A stretch of 64,000 nt of DNA from Pseudomonadota bacterium (lineage in GTDB: Bacteria; Bdellovibrionota_B; Oligoflexia; Oligoflexales; RGVZ01), in NCBI GenBank assembly GCA_041178085.1, contig JBEGVZ010000085.1, forward strand, positions 64,001 through 128,000, read 5' to 3'. Under the pieces are notes generated by a model. That model ran no database searches. It had not been told where the DNA came from and was given only the letters and a program-made list of their open reading frames with translations. This document shows, in pieces, positions 19,369-29,817 of the stretch (positions are counted from its first letter, which is position 1; the number at the start of each line of letters is the position of its first letter). The position numbers and the translations under genes were made by a program.

Positions 19369-21285
19369 ATGGCAGGCAAAGTGATTGGAATCGACTTGGG
19401 AACAACCAACTCCGTGGTGGCAATCATGGAGCAGGGTCAGCCGAAAATCATTGCCAATGCTGAAGGCCAGAGGACCACGCCAAGCGTGGTGGCCTTCGCG
19501 AAGGACGGTGAGGTTCTGGTCGGGGCTGCTGCCCGTCGCCAGGCTGTAACCAACCCGGAGCGGACGATCTATTCAGCCAAGCGCTTCATTGGTTGCACCT
19601 TCAACGAGCGCGAAGAAGAGTCCAGAAGGGTTCCTTATGTGGTCCGCAAGGGTCGCGGCAATTTGGCTGTTTTTGAGATTGACGGCAAGGAGCACACCCC
19701 GCCGGAGATTTCGGCCAAGGTTCTCGCCAAGCTCAAGCAAGCGGCCGAAGATTACCTGGGAGAGACAGTCACCGAGGCCGTCATCACCGTTCCGGCCTAT
19801 TTCAATGACAGCCAGCGCCAGGCCACCAAGGATGCCGGCAAGATCGCCGGACTTGATGTGAAGCGCATTGTCGCTGAACCAACGGCCGCAGCCCTCGCTT
19901 ACGGACTCGACAAAAAGAAGAACGAAAAGATCGCAGTTTACGACTTCGGGGGCGGTACTTTCGACATTTCGATTCTGGAAGTCGGTGAAAACGTCGTCGA
20001 GGTTCTTGCCACCAACGGCGATACGCATCTCGGTGGTGACAACGTGGACGAGGTTCTGATCGAATACCTCGTCAAGGATTTCAAGAACAGCTCCGGCATC
20101 GACGTGTCGAAAGACCCGATGGCAATGCAGCGCCTCAAGGAGGCCGCAGAAAAGGCCAAGATTGAGCTGTCTTCCGCACAGGCGACGGACATCAACTTGC
20201 CATTCCTGACGGCAGATCAGACTGGTCCGAAGCACCTGAATGTTTCCCTGACCCGGGCAAAGTTTGAGCAGCTGATCGCAGACATTGTGGAGAAGACGCT
20301 GGCGCCTTGCCGCCAGGTGCTCAAGGATGCAGGCCTTCAGACGTCCCAGGTGAACGAGGTTCTGCTGGTCGGTGGCTCCACGCGTATTCCGCTGGTGCAG
20401 CAGAAAGTCAAAGAATTCTTCGGCAAGGATCCTAACCGGACGGTGAACCCGGATGAAGTGGTTGCAGTGGGCGCAGCTGTCCAGGCAGGCATCCTCGCGG
20501 GTGATGTGAAGGATGTTCTCCTTCTCGATGTAACCCCGCTCTCCCTTGGTATCGAGACCCTTGGTGGCGTGATGACCAAGTTGATCGACCGCAACACGAC
20601 CATCCCGACCCGCCGGGCCCAGGTTTTCTCGACAGCGTCGGACAACCAGACTTCGGTGGAGATCAACGTGCTCCAGGGTGAGCGTGAAATGGCGCGTGAC
20701 AACCGTCAGCTGTCGCGATTCAGCCTGGTGGACATTCCACCTGCTCCGCGCGGCGTGCCGCAAATCGAGGTGGCCTTTGACATTGACGCCAACGGGATTG
20801 TTTCAGTGTCGGCCAAAGATCTTGGCACGGGCAAGGAACAAAAAATCACTGTCCAGGCTTCAACCAAGTTGAGTGAAGATGAAATCAACCGCATGGTCAA
20901 GGATGCCGAGGTTCACAAGGAAGACGACCGGAAGAAACGCGAGCAGATCCAGGCACGTAACGCCCTTGATTCGATGATCTTCCAGGCGGAGAAGATGGTC
21001 CGTGAAAACGGTGACAAGCTTCCGACAGACCTTAAGTCGGAAGTTGAGTCCGCAGTGGCGACCGCCAAGACCAAGCTGGATTCAGAAGACGCCGAGGTGA
21101 TCGAGGCGGCCAAAGCCGAACTTGAGGCAAAGATGCACAAGCTGGCGGAGCAACTCTACAAGACGGCACAAGCTGCCGGTGGTGAGGCATCCAAAGGAGC
21201 AGACGGCGCGGCCCCAGGTGGAGCCAAGAAGTCCGATTCGGATGTGGTCGATGCAGAGTACGAGGATAACTCAGGCAATCCATAG
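19369..21285 (+). CDS. dnaK: Molecular chaperone DnaK (Hsp70)
   Basis: [37 protein letters not shown] and C-terminal DVVDAEYE. Confidence 0.99.
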   Translation: MAGKVIGIDLGTTNSVVAIMEQGQPKIIANAEGQRTTPSVVAFAKDGEVLVGAAARRQAVTNPERTIYSAKRFIGCTFNEREEESRRVPYVVRKGRGNLAVFEIDGKEHTPPEISAKVLAKLKQAAEDYLGETVTEAVITVPAYFNDSQRQATKDAGKIAGLDVKRIVAEPTAAALAYGLDKKKNEKIAVYDFGGGTFDISILEVGENVVEVLATNGDTHLGGDNVDEVLIEYLVKDFKNSSGIDVSKDPMAMQRLKEAAEKAKIELSSAQATDINLPFLTADQTGPKHLNVSLTRAKFEQLIADIVEKTLAPCRQVLKDAGLQTSQVNEVLLVGGSTRIPLVQQKVKEFFGKDPNRTVNPDEVVAVGAAVQAGILAGDVKDVLLLDVTPLSLGIETLGGVMTKLIDRNTTIPTRRAQVFSTASDNQTSVEINVLQGEREMARDNRQLSRFSLVDIPPAPRGVPQIEVAFDIDANGIVSVSAKDLGTGKEQKITVQASTKLSEDEINRMVKDAEVHKEDDRKKREQIQARNALDSMIFQAEKMVRENGDKLPTDLKSEVESAVATAKTKLDSEDAEVIEAAKAELEAKMHKLAEQLYKTAQAAGGEASKGADGAAPGGAKKSDSDVVDAEYEDNSGNP

Positions 21286-21304
21286 AACAGAGCCCATTCA
21301 GGGC

Positions 21305-21345
21305 AAAAAATCCCCCGTTGCAATTCGCAGCGGGGGATTTTTCTT
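21305..21345. terminator. Bidirectional intrinsic terminator
   Basis: aaaaaatcccccgttgc-aattc-gcagcgggggatttttctt between convergent dnaK and the SPFH gene. Confidence 0.88.
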
Positions 21346-21360
21346 CTAAACGAAAATGAC

Positions 21361-22110
21361 TTACTTTTTTCCTTCCAGAAACGGTTTCAAGATTTCAACT
21401 GGTATGGGGAAGATGATGGTGGAGTTTTGTTCTGAAGATATGTCGGAAAGAGTCTGCAGGTAGCGCAGCTGGACCGACACGGGATTTTGAGAAAGTGTAT
21501 CTGCCGCTTCACGCAGCTTGGCTGCGGACTGGAGCTCCCCCTCAGCTGCAATGATCTTCGCTCGACGTTCCCTCTCAGACTCAGCCTCCCGTGCCATTGC
21601 CCGTTGCATCTCCTGCGGCAGGTCGATGTGTTTGACTTCGACAGACGACACCTTGATTCCCCAGGAGTCTGTATTCTGGTCAAGGATTTGCTGCAGCTGG
21701 TCGTTGATCTTTTCCCGCTCGACGAGCAACTCATCAAGGGTGTGCTGGCCAAGCACAGAACGAAGGTGCGTCTGGGCGAGCTGAGATGTCGCGTACAGGT
21801 AGTTCTCAATATTGACCACGGCCTTGTAAGGGTCAACAACACGGAAATACAGGACCGCATTCACCTTCAGACTGACGTTGTCGCGACTGATTACATCCTG
21901 CGGATCGATGTCCATGGTCACGACCCGGATGGATACGCGGACCATGCGGTCGACCAGAGGGATCAAGATGATTGGACCCGGCCCCTTGGGCGATTCCAGT
22001 GCCCTGCCGAGCCGGAACACGACTCCCCTCTCATACTCTTGCAAGATCTTGATGGCAGAGGCGAGAAAAGCCAGCGCAAGGATAAAAAAGATAAATCCAC
22101 CCGAGGCCAT
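21361..22110 (-). CDS. SPFH/band-7 stomatin-like (slipin) protein
   Basis: TM helix then [46 protein letters not shown] and LRYLQTL. Confidence 0.95.
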   Translation of the reverse strand: MASGGFIFFILALAFLASAIKILQEYERGVVFRLGRALESPKGPGPIILIPLVDRMVRVSIRVVTMDIDPQDVISRDNVSLKVNAVLYFRVVDPYKAVVNIENYLYATSQLAQTHLRSVLGQHTLDELLVEREKINDQLQQILDQNTDSWGIKVSSVEVKHIDLPQEMQRAMAREAESERERRAKIIAAEGELQSAAKLREAADTLSQNPVSVQLRYLQTLSDISSEQNSTIIFPIPVEILKPFLEGKK

Positions 22111-22120
22111 GGGAATCCCT

Positions 22121-22462
22121 TTAAACAAGCTGTCTTTGAATTTCCTGCCATAGCGCTTTCTTGGCTGCAGGATCTATCGCCAAATCGCTCACTTCTGGGG
22201 CAAGAACCAGTCTACCCGAATCAGCCTTCAACTTTTTGGACGCGGCTGCCGCAGCGGCAGGTCCAAACGCGATCTGAATCGACTGACCACCACATGCCTG
22301 GGCGATCTTCGCCATAAGTTGCTGCTCCTCTGGCTGAGGGCGGGCCAAACTGTGAAAGAGTGTCACAGGTCCCATGACAAGCTTCGAGACGGGACTTCTG
22401 GACGGCCAGACCTGCCCACGATCCGACAACCATTCTGCATACTTTTTTAGCTGGCGACTCAT
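22121..22462 (-). CDS. Small hypothetical protein (HolD/psi- or truncated UDG-like)
   Basis: Fills the gap in a co-oriented operon; [13 protein letters not shown] and [12 protein letters not shown] motifs. Confidence 0.6.
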   Translation of the reverse strand: MSRQLKKYAEWLSDRGQVWPSRSPVSKLVMGPVTLFHSLARPQPEEQQLMAKIAQACGGQSIQIAFGPAAAAAASKKLKADSGRLVLAPEVSDLAIDPAAKKALWQEIQRQLV

Positions 22463-22487
22463 TCAGGTGGTATAGCACCGGAATAGT

Positions 22488-24038
22488 TCAGGACGCAACG
22501 CGTGTAGGCCCTGCCTTGCCCGCAGAGGGTTTGCGCCTTTTCCTGGCTTCAGCACTGGCTTCCTTCAACAAGTCGCTTGCGTAAGCCTGGGCGCAGCCCA
22601 TCTGTCTTGCCCGTGAAAGGGCAAACCAGGTTTTCAGGGGGCAGCCTGTTTTCAATAGCGCTTCACCTTGCAAAACCAGGGCTGCGCTGGACCACGGTTG
22701 TGTCGCGAACGATTTCAACGCGCATGGTTCAGCTTTTTCCGGCCGGTTTAACTTCAGGTGCAGGGTGGCCATCAAGCGCTGTAGCTGGGTTTGGTCACCG
22801 CCGCGTTTGATAGATTCGAGGGCGGCAAGCGCTTCAGCGTCCTTGCCCGATTTGCTCAACGCCATGGCCTGGATCATTGCCGCTTCTGCGGACTCGCCGT
22901 TTGCCGCCAGCTCGCCAGCGACGGTAATGGCATCATCCAGCTTTTCCTGCATGAAATAGACACGCGCCAGTAGCTCCGCAGCGTCATTCTGGCCAGGGTG
23001 TGCCTTCCGTTCATCCCGCAGGATGATTTCGGCACGACGAAGATCCTGGATCTGCTCACAGGTTGCCACCACAGCCTCAAGAGCATCACGTGCATCCGGA
23101 TAATAACGCCGCATTCTGCTGAAATAGTAGAGCGCCTTGTCGATGTTGCCGCTTCTGGCCTGGGCGTGTCCCATGGTGATCAGGGCCTCGCGATGCCTTT
23201 GCGACTGCAGAAGGGCAAGACGCAGGTGCTCGATCGCTTCGACGAACAAACCTTGATCGAGCAAAAGTTGTCCGAGCAATACTTGGCGGTCAGGCTGCTT
23301 ACCATTGAACGACAGCTCGCGCGTCATCAGGTCGATGGCATCCTGCTTTCGCCCCTCGCTTAGCTTGATGTCAGCCATCAGACCGAGAGCGCGGAAATTG
23401 GATCCGTTCTCGCGGATCAGCTCCTCCAGGGCAGCGCGCGCCTCTTGGATCCGCCCCAACTTGCGCATCGCAAAAGCCCGAAGGAAGCGGGCGCGCACAT
23501 TCTTCGTGTCGTTGGTGAGAGCCTCATCCGCGCAGACAAGGGCCATCTGATACTTATTCTGCATGAGCAAAGACTCGGCCATCCGGATGAGCTTCAGAAC
23601 TTTATCAGGGAGGATGAAAGAGCGGACCAGAGACAGGACCTTTTTTTCGAGGTCCTCCGCCTGGAACGGTTTCACCAGGTAGTCGTTGGCGCCAAGGTCC
23701 ACAGCCTTGACGATGTCATCCCGGCCACCTTCGCCGGTGACGATGAGGATCGGGACGTCGGCGCCAAGGTCGCTGTGGCGGATAGACTCAACGACTTCAA
23801 ATCCACTGCCAGACCCAAGGTTCAGGTCGCAGACAACGAGCGAAGGGGCATGTTCCTTGAGAGATTTCTTGGCGCTGGCGACATCGAATGTTTCCACCAC
23901 CTTCCCGAATCCGGCCGTATCGAGGACCCGTCGGATGGCTTTTCGGATAGGATCATGATCGTCGACGACCAGAGCCGTGGCCTCCGCCAGGGCCGCTTTC
24001 ATCTCGTCGTCGATGTTGGGGTTGGCTCGCGTGGTCAT
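22488..24038 (-). CDS. Response regulator with TPR output region
   Basis: Receiver domain (LVVDD, VVCD, IVTG, DYLVKPF) followed by multiple TPRs. Confidence 0.9.
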   Translation of the reverse strand: MTTRANPNIDDEMKAALAEATALVVDDHDPIRKAIRRVLDTAGFGKVVETFDVASAKKSLKEHAPSLVVCDLNLGSGSGFEVVESIRHSDLGADVPILIVTGEGGRDDIVKAVDLGANDYLVKPFQAEDLEKKVLSLVRSFILPDKVLKLIRMAESLLMQNKYQMALVCADEALTNDTKNVRARFLRAFAMRKLGRIQEARAALEELIRENGSNFRALGLMADIKLSEGRKQDAIDLMTRELSFNGKQPDRQVLLGQLLLDQGLFVEAIEHLRLALLQSQRHREALITMGHAQARSGNIDKALYYFSRMRRYYPDARDALEAVVATCEQIQDLRRAEIILRDERKAHPGQNDAAELLARVYFMQEKLDDAITVAGELAANGESAEAAMIQAMALSKSGKDAEALAALESIKRGGDQTQLQRLMATLHLKLNRPEKAEPCALKSFATQPWSSAALVLQGEALLKTGCPLKTWFALSRARQMGCAQAYASDLLKEASAEARKRRKPSAGKAGPTRVAS

Positions 24039-24079
24039 GGTAGCGAATGATCCTCAAACGTTTGGAGGTTCGCCCGGGA

Positions 24080-24784
24080 TCAGCCCATCGCGGACTTCAC
24101 CAGGGCACGTGCACCCGGGTCACCCGGAGAAGACGCCTGGGCTTGACGCCAGAGGTACCGCGCTTCGTCTTCCTTGCCCGCTTTCAACCGCGCGATGCCC
24201 GCCCAGACAAGCGCCTTGGCGTGCGCCGGGGACTTATTGAGGATTTCGGTAAATTCTTGAAATGCTTTATCAGGCTGCCCGTTGCGCAGATATAACCGCC
24301 CGAGATCAAGGCGAACATCCGCCATGTTCGGGTAAATGCCCAAGGCCTTCCGGTACTCGCCGATGGCATCCTGGATCATGTTGGAGTGCTCATAGGCCCG
24401 TGCTGCCGTCACATGGTGGTTGGCAATCCTGCCGAGGACAAGGTCCGGGACGCGCTGACCAGGACGTACGTGGCGTATCGCCTGCTCAAAAACCTCCCGC
24501 GCGTCATCGTACTGACCAACGTCACACAGTATGACGGAAAGGTTGAGTGCGGCCTCGGTAAAAGAATTGTTCGCCACCAGGGCTTTTTTGAATTCCCTGA
24601 TCGCATCCGCAAAACGCGACTGCTTGTGATAGGTGACACCCAGCAGGTTGTGGATATTGGCGAGTGAGCCGTGGGCAGCCAGCGTCGATTTGAGCAGCTT
24701 CTCCGCGGCGTCGAATCGTCCGACGCCCAGGTAAAGCATCACTTTTTTTTGCACTGCAACCAGTTCGGCGCGGATTCCACCCAT
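24080..24784 (-). CDS. TPR protein
   Basis: HNLLGVTYHKQSRFADAIREFKKAL and AIGEYRKALGIYP; start chosen at ATG 24784 downstream of rny. Confidence 0.85.
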   Translation of the reverse strand: MGGIRAELVAVQKKVMLYLGVGRFDAAEKLLKSTLAAHGSLANIHNLLGVTYHKQSRFADAIREFKKALVANNSFTEAALNLSVILCDVGQYDDAREVFEQAIRHVRPGQRVPDLVLGRIANHHVTAARAYEHSNMIQDAIGEYRKALGIYPNMADVRLDLGRLYLRNGQPDKAFQEFTEILNKSPAHAKALVWAGIARLKAGKEDEARYLWRQAQASSPGDPGARALVKSAMG

Positions 24785-24812
24785 CTCAACCACCCCGTCG
24801 ATTGGCCCGTTG

Positions 24813-26384
24813 TCAGGCCACGGAGGTGGCCTCAAACCGCCTGGTGACCTGCACCTTGATCTGACCCGGGAAGGCGACATCAGTTTCGATGCGCTTTGCG
24901 ATCTCCGTCGACATCTGCTGCAAGTCGGCGTCCTTGATTCGCTTGTGGCTGACTTCGACGTGAACTTCCCGCCCACCATTCATGATGGCGGATTTGGTCA
25001 CACCTGGGAAGCTCCGGATCACCTCATCAATTGCATTCAGGCGGATCTGGTAGCCCTCCTCAAGATTGACGCGTGCGCCCGGCCGCGCACCAGAGAGGGT
25101 GTCTGCGGTTTTCAGGACAAAAGCGAGCGGGGTCTCAAGGATGAGGTCGTTGTGATGGGACATGACCGTGTCGCAAATCAGCCGACGTTCACCAAAACGG
25201 TCCGCGTAGTCGCCGCTGATCACCGCGTGGCTGCCCTCGATCCGGTAGTCCAGCGCCTTGCCGATGTCGTGGAGAAGTCCGCAGCGTTTCGCGTCGGCCG
25301 GGTCGACGCCCAGTTCCGAGGCCACAACGCCAGCAAGGACCGCCACTTCAAAGGAGTGAAGATACTGATTTTGACGGTAACTGGTCCGCCAGTTCAGGTA
25401 GCCGACCAGTTTTTGTACCTCAGGGTGGATGTTGTCCAGCTGCAGGGCGAGCACCGCTTGGCGGCCAAGCTTGGTGGCTTGTTGTTCGATGGCCTCGCGG
25501 TGGCGGGCGTAAGCTTCCTTGCTTTTCGTCCAGGCAGACGGTCCTTTGGCGATCAGCTCCTGAAGAGTCAGGCGAGCGGACTCCCGCTCAACCCCGGCGC
25601 CACCCGAAAGGCGCAGGAGCGGAGAAAAGTCTGGGTTTTCCGGGCGGGAGAGTTCGATTTCGATCCCGGCAAGTTCTTTCATGTCGAGAACCAGCTGCGG
25701 ATTCGCTTCGATCTCGTCCGCGAGCCGGGCGCTTTCGATCTCCACGTGATTGAGCATCTTGGGCCACGGGAATTCAGGGGCGTAGCGTGCCATCGCGCGG
25801 CTCATGATGCGCTGAGCGGACTTCTTCCCGGATGAGGCCAGCTCGTCGCTGGCGATGCGCAGGACTTTCTGGCACTCAAGCTGCCGGCTTTCGATCAAGT
25901 CCCTTTTCAGTGCAAGTTTCAGCTCATTGGCATCGGCGCGGGAGGCTTCCTCGAGGCGTCGCTTCAATTCGCCCGCGTTGCTCTCCAGCCGTCCCTCGAG
26001 GTTTGCTGAGATGTCACGCATCGACTGAACCTTGCGCTGGATGGTTTCCATGTCACCTTCGAGGCGCGTCATTTGCGATTCCTCTGTCTCCAGAAGGCTT
26101 TCGCGGCGCTCCAAGTCTTCTTCGGAGGTCTTGAGGTCTTCCTTGCGTTCGTTGATGGACTCCTCAAGGTCCTCCCGCAGGATCTGGATGTTGGCGTCTG
26201 CGCGCTTAAGCAGGTCATCGCAGATTGTCTCCGCCTGAATCTTGGCTTCACGGAGTACCTCGGACTTTTGCTTGCGGTTTGACGCGGCGAGCCGCCCCGG
26301 CAGGATCAGAAGGGCCAGGCGGAAGAACGCATAACCTGCAGCCATGCTGGCGATGGCAGTGACAAGTGCGATTTTGGTGTCCAT
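24813..26384 (-). CDS. rny: Ribonuclease Y (divergent KH domain)
   Basis: N-terminal TM, long coiled coil, RTSY..N..HS, GLLHDIGK, ADTLSGARPGAR and FPGQIKVQVTR. Confidence 0.92.
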   Translation of the reverse strand: MDTKIALVTAIASMAAGYAFFRLALLILPGRLAASNRKQKSEVLREAKIQAETICDDLLKRADANIQILREDLEESINERKEDLKTSEEDLERRESLLETEESQMTRLEGDMETIQRKVQSMRDISANLEGRLESNAGELKRRLEEASRADANELKLALKRDLIESRQLECQKVLRIASDELASSGKKSAQRIMSRAMARYAPEFPWPKMLNHVEIESARLADEIEANPQLVLDMKELAGIEIELSRPENPDFSPLLRLSGGAGVERESARLTLQELIAKGPSAWTKSKEAYARHREAIEQQATKLGRQAVLALQLDNIHPEVQKLVGYLNWRTSYRQNQYLHSFEVAVLAGVVASELGVDPADAKRCGLLHDIGKALDYRIEGSHAVISGDYADRFGERRLICDTVMSHHNDLILETPLAFVLKTADTLSGARPGARVNLEEGYQIRLNAIDEVIRSFPGVTKSAIMNGGREVHVEVSHKRIKDADLQQMSTEIAKRIETDVAFPGQIKVQVTRRFEATSVA

Positions 26385-26536
26385 CTAGAGAGATTCCTGT
26401 ATTTTTTCAGGGGCATCTGCCCCACGATTGATGCAAAGACATTATTCCCCTTCTATCTTATGTCGCAACCATGGGGGATCGTCTTTACCTAAAAATGCGA
26501 CCGGGGTTCCGGCAGCCTGCGACAAATGGCGGATAT

Positions 26537-27337
26537 ATGACAAAAGTATCTGTTTTTATTGAAGAAACCCTAAGATCCTGTGCGGTTGAGCTGATGACCC
26601 GGTTTCGCACCGGTGTTGGTGTCAGCACCAAGGCTGACGCCAGCCTTGTCACAGAAGCTGACCTTGCCAGTGAGCGGGTAGCCCTGGAACGCATCAAATC
26701 AGCATTCCCGGAGGATATGCTCTTGTCAGAAGAGACGCATACTTCGGCCACCTCCAGGCCGGAGGGGCGCCACGTCTGGATCGTGGATCCGCTCGACGGG
26801 ACGACAAACTTCGCCAACGGCTATGCATTTTTTTGCATTTCAATCGCACGTGGGATCTTCCGCAAAGATGGCTCCATTGACGTGGTGGCAGGCGGCATCA
26901 TGGACCCAGTCAACGGCAACGTGTACCTCGCTGAGCGTGGCAAGGGCGCGTGGATGGACGGTAAGCAACTCAAGGTTCTGCCTCCGCGCCCCCTGGCCAA
27001 AGGTTTTCTGGTCACGGGCTTCTACTTCACCGACCCGACACGGCTGATGCCCGAGGTGGAACGCTTTGCCCGTGTGGCAACGCAGTGCCCCGCCATCCGC
27101 CGCGACGGATCGGCTGCCCTGGATCTTGCTTTGGTGGCTCGTGGTTTGTTCGATGGTTTTTGGGAAAATGGGCTAAAAGTCTGGGATGTTGCGGCTGGTG
27201 CCTTGCTCGTTGCAGAGGCCGGCGGAGTGGTCCAGAATTACGCCCCATCAGGAGCCGGATCTTGGTTTGACCCCGAAGGCCCGGGAATCGTTGCGGGCAA
27301 CCCGGCAACAGTTGCCTCGATTGCAGGGCTTTTGTGA
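26537..27337 (+). CDS. suhB: Inositol monophosphatase family protein (SuhB-like)
   Basis: VTEAD, SEE, WIVDPLDGTTNF, RRDGSAALDL and WDVAAG. Confidence 0.9.
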   Translation: MTKVSVFIEETLRSCAVELMTRFRTGVGVSTKADASLVTEADLASERVALERIKSAFPEDMLLSEETHTSATSRPEGRHVWIVDPLDGTTNFANGYAFFCISIARGIFRKDGSIDVVAGGIMDPVNGNVYLAERGKGAWMDGKQLKVLPPRPLAKGFLVTGFYFTDPTRLMPEVERFARVATQCPAIRRDGSAALDLALVARGLFDGFWENGLKVWDVAAGALLVAEAGGVVQNYAPSGAGSWFDPEGPGIVAGNPATVASIAGLL

Positions 27338-27424
27338 GCCGTGGAATAATGAAGCTGTTGGTGGTCATTCCCCGCCTGGCCTCAGAAAACCGACGGGTCA
27401 CCCAAATGATCGGAGACCTCTGAA

Positions 27425-28213
27425 ATGAACCTCGGCAAAAGCCTGGTCGTTTGCCTCTCGCTGACAACCGCCTCCGCAGCGGACGCTGCGCAATGGCTGG
27501 TTCAGTCTGGAGACGTACAAGTCAATTGGTCCAGCCTCTCGGCGCAGTTTTCCGGAGTCGCCAACTCTCAACCGGCAGACCGCGAGGGATTGAAGGGACT
27601 CGAGCGGACAGCTTGGCGCAACGGCTACGAGAAAGCCGGCACTTTACTGGAACCACTGATGCGTGATCAATTCGGCAAGGCCTCAGGCGGCAGCGGGCAA
27701 CCAGAGGCAGGAACAGTCTCCGGGGCGGTTGACGAAGTTCGCAAGTCGGTCAAATCGCTCAATGCGACCTTTTTTGCCAACGGTTCGGTGGAAGTTGCCA
27801 TGGAGGCTTCGCTGCGCAGTGGTTTTGCCGCAGCCCTGCGCCATTCGGGAGCCGGAGCAAAGCCTGCGGCAGCTGGCAATTCTGAGTCAGACTCGACCGG
27901 CCTTCTCATCAAGGTCCCGGCTGCCGCCCAGCCATCAGTGGCCTTTTGGCTCGTGGACTCTAGTGGCAAGGTCTTGTTCGAGCCAGCCATGCTGAGTCAG
28001 GAGGGCGTCAGCCAAGGCTCTATGGGCCGATGGTTCCGCTCCCCTGGCAAGGAAGAAGTCGCCAGGATCACCGGTGAAAAGCCGGATACCTTGGTTGTCT
28101 CCGAGGTCCGGCAGGGCAACCGGTTCGTTGTCGATTCCCAGCAATTTGCCCAGCTCGGGGCGGGTGCCCTTCGGGCCCTTGCTGATGGCAATGCGCTGGT
28201 CTCTGGTCGCTGA
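27425..28213 (+). CDS. Secreted/periplasmic hypothetical protein
   Basis: Signal peptide ending ADA; RBS ggaga; no recognised catalytic motif. Confidence 0.75.
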   Translation: MNLGKSLVVCLSLTTASAADAAQWLVQSGDVQVNWSSLSAQFSGVANSQPADREGLKGLERTAWRNGYEKAGTLLEPLMRDQFGKASGGSGQPEAGTVSGAVDEVRKSVKSLNATFFANGSVEVAMEASLRSGFAAALRHSGAGAKPAAAGNSESDSTGLLIKVPAAAQPSVAFWLVDSSGKVLFEPAMLSQEGVSQGSMGRWFRSPGKEEVARITGEKPDTLVVSEVRQGNRFVVDSQQFAQLGAGALRALADGNALVSGR

Positions 28214-28327
28214 CCTTCCGGGCTTCAGGTCTTTTTCACGGCACAAGCCGCTTTTTTCGTTTGCCTCTCAATTAGGCGCATGTTAAACCCCTCCGTCCTT
28301 CAGAAAGAAGCGGAAGGTGGTTTTTTT

Positions 28328-28525
28328 ATGCCCAAAATGAAGTCGAAAAAAGCAGCGTCGAAGCGGTTCTCGGTCCTGTCCTCAGGCCGCATCAAGCGCA
28401 GTAAGTGCAACAAGCGTCACATCCTTACCAAGAAGGACCGTGCGCGCAAAAACAAGCTCAAGAAAACAGGTTACGTTCATCCGTCGGATGTCGGTTTGGT
28501 GATGCGTTGTCTGCCAAACGGCTGA
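28328..28525 (+). CDS. rpmI: 50S ribosomal protein L35
   Basis: MPKMKSKKAASKRF...KRHILTKK. Confidence 0.97.
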   Translation: MPKMKSKKAASKRFSVLSSGRIKRSKCNKRHILTKKDRARKNKLKKTGYVHPSDVGLVMRCLPNG

Positions 28526-28557
28526 TGATTTTAGCGATTTAAAGCAGGTGTTTTGTC

Positions 28558-28926
28558 ATGGCTCGTGCAAAAAGAGGTTTTAAAGCCCGCCGTCGTCGCA
28601 AGAAGTTGCTGTCCCTTGCGAGCGGCTTCCGTGGAACGAGAAAGAACTGCTACGGCACTGCCGTTCACGTGGTTCGTCGCGCACTCAAGTACAGCTACCG
28701 CGATCGTCGGGTTAAGAAGCGCGAATTCCGCACTTTGTGGATCATCCGTATCAATGCGGCGGCTCGGGCTGCCGGCTTGAAGTATTCGGAACTGATGCAC
28801 GGGCTGCGCCTTAAGGGAATCGAACTCGACCGTAGCGTCCTGGCCGACATGGCACTGCGTGACGAAGCGGGTTTTGCAGCCCTCGTGAAAGAGGTCAAGT
28901 CGGTCCTTCCGGCTGCTGCCAACTGA
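28558..28926 (+). CDS. rplT: 50S ribosomal protein L20
   Basis: [29 protein letters not shown]. Confidence 0.98.
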   Translation: MARAKRGFKARRRRKKLLSLASGFRGTRKNCYGTAVHVVRRALKYSYRDRRVKKREFRTLWIIRINAAARAAGLKYSELMHGLRLKGIELDRSVLADMALRDEAGFAALVKEVKSVLPAAAN

Positions 28927-28946
28927 TCTTTCCAGCGATTCAGCGT

Positions 28947-28978
28947 AAGGCCCGCTCCTGTCATGGGTGCGGGCTTTT
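28947..28978 (+). terminator. Intrinsic terminator-like hairpin after rplT
   Basis: aaggcccgc...gcgggc followed by tttt. Confidence 0.6.
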
Positions 28979-28984
28979 GCATGT

Positions 28985-29068
28985 GGGGACGTGGTGAAAT
29001 TGGTAGACACGCTGGTCTTAGAAGCCAGTGCCTCTGGCGTGAGAGTTCAAGTCTCTCCGTCCCCACCA
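28985..29068 (+). tRNA. tRNA-Leu(TAG)
   Basis: Acceptor ggggacg/cgtcccc, D-loop ttggta, anticodon arm ctggt-cttagaa-gccag, long variable arm, gttcaag T-loop and encoded CCA. Confidence 0.97.
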
Positions 29069-29817
29069 TTCATGCGGGATTTGACTAATATTCTGATGCG
29101 GCACGAGCCAACCGCGATGATGTCCTTGCTACCGACTGGCTGAAGACTGCTGATTTTCTTCCCGTTCACAAAGGATCCGTTCATGGATCCTTGGTCCTCA
29201 ACAAAGACGTCGCCGGTGTCATTGACCTTCACAAGCAGGTGCTTGCGCGAGATTTCTGGATCCGCCTCAAACTTGCCAAAGTGTGCTGCACGGCCGATGA
29301 AAAACTGCTTTTGCTGAACCGGGATTTCTTCGTTGCGGCCATCACCGTAGGTCACGTTCAAGATCACGTAATGGCTCTGGGTCTGGCGCAGCTCTGATTC
29401 GATCAAGCTGTCGACCAGGCTGGAACGTGAATCGCCCTGGGTCCCTCCACGAGCGCCCGTCTTGAACTGAGTTGATATGTGGCGGGTGCGACGTTCGTCC
29501 TCCAGAGCGAACCTCATCACTGTCTTGCCAATCCTTATCTGGTCATCGTGATGGAGTCGCGATTTAACGATGCGCTGGTCATTTACAAAAGTTCCGTTGG
29601 TGCTATTCATGTCAAAAATATGAAAATTTCCACCGATATTCTGGATCTGGCAGTGCGTGGCTGAAACTTCTGCATCTGCGATCAGCACATCGCCCTTTTC
29701 GCGCCCGAAAATGGTCGCGTCCCGCCTTAGCTTGATAGCCTCAGGCGATCCGCCATCACGCGATACGTAAAGTACCGCGCGCTGTTCCTTGTCATTTTCT
29801 GGCTTTTCTTTCTTCAT
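29047..29817 (-). CDS. Double FHA-domain protein
   Basis: FGR..VSATHC..DMNSTNGTFVN and IGR..ISRKHL..DQGSMNGSFVN. Confidence 0.93.
   Translation of the reverse strand: MKKEKPENDKEQRAVLYVSRDGGSPEAIKLRRDATIFGREKGDVLIADAEVSATHCQIQNIGGNFHIFDMNSTNGTFVNDQRIVKSRLHHDDQIRIGKTVMRFALEDERRTRHISTQFKTGARGGTQGDSRSSLVDSLIESELRQTQSHYVILNVTYGDGRNEEIPVQQKQFFIGRAAHFGKFEADPEISRKHLLVKVNDTGDVFVEDQGSMNGSFVNGKKISSLQPVGSKDIIAVGSCRIRILVKSRMNGGDGET

Noticed and set aside
19573..20763. Long antisense ORFs opposite dnaK (also opposite nrdJ, rny and lon)
   Set aside because: Typical shadow ORFs caused by GC-rich codon bias in conserved genes; no motifs.
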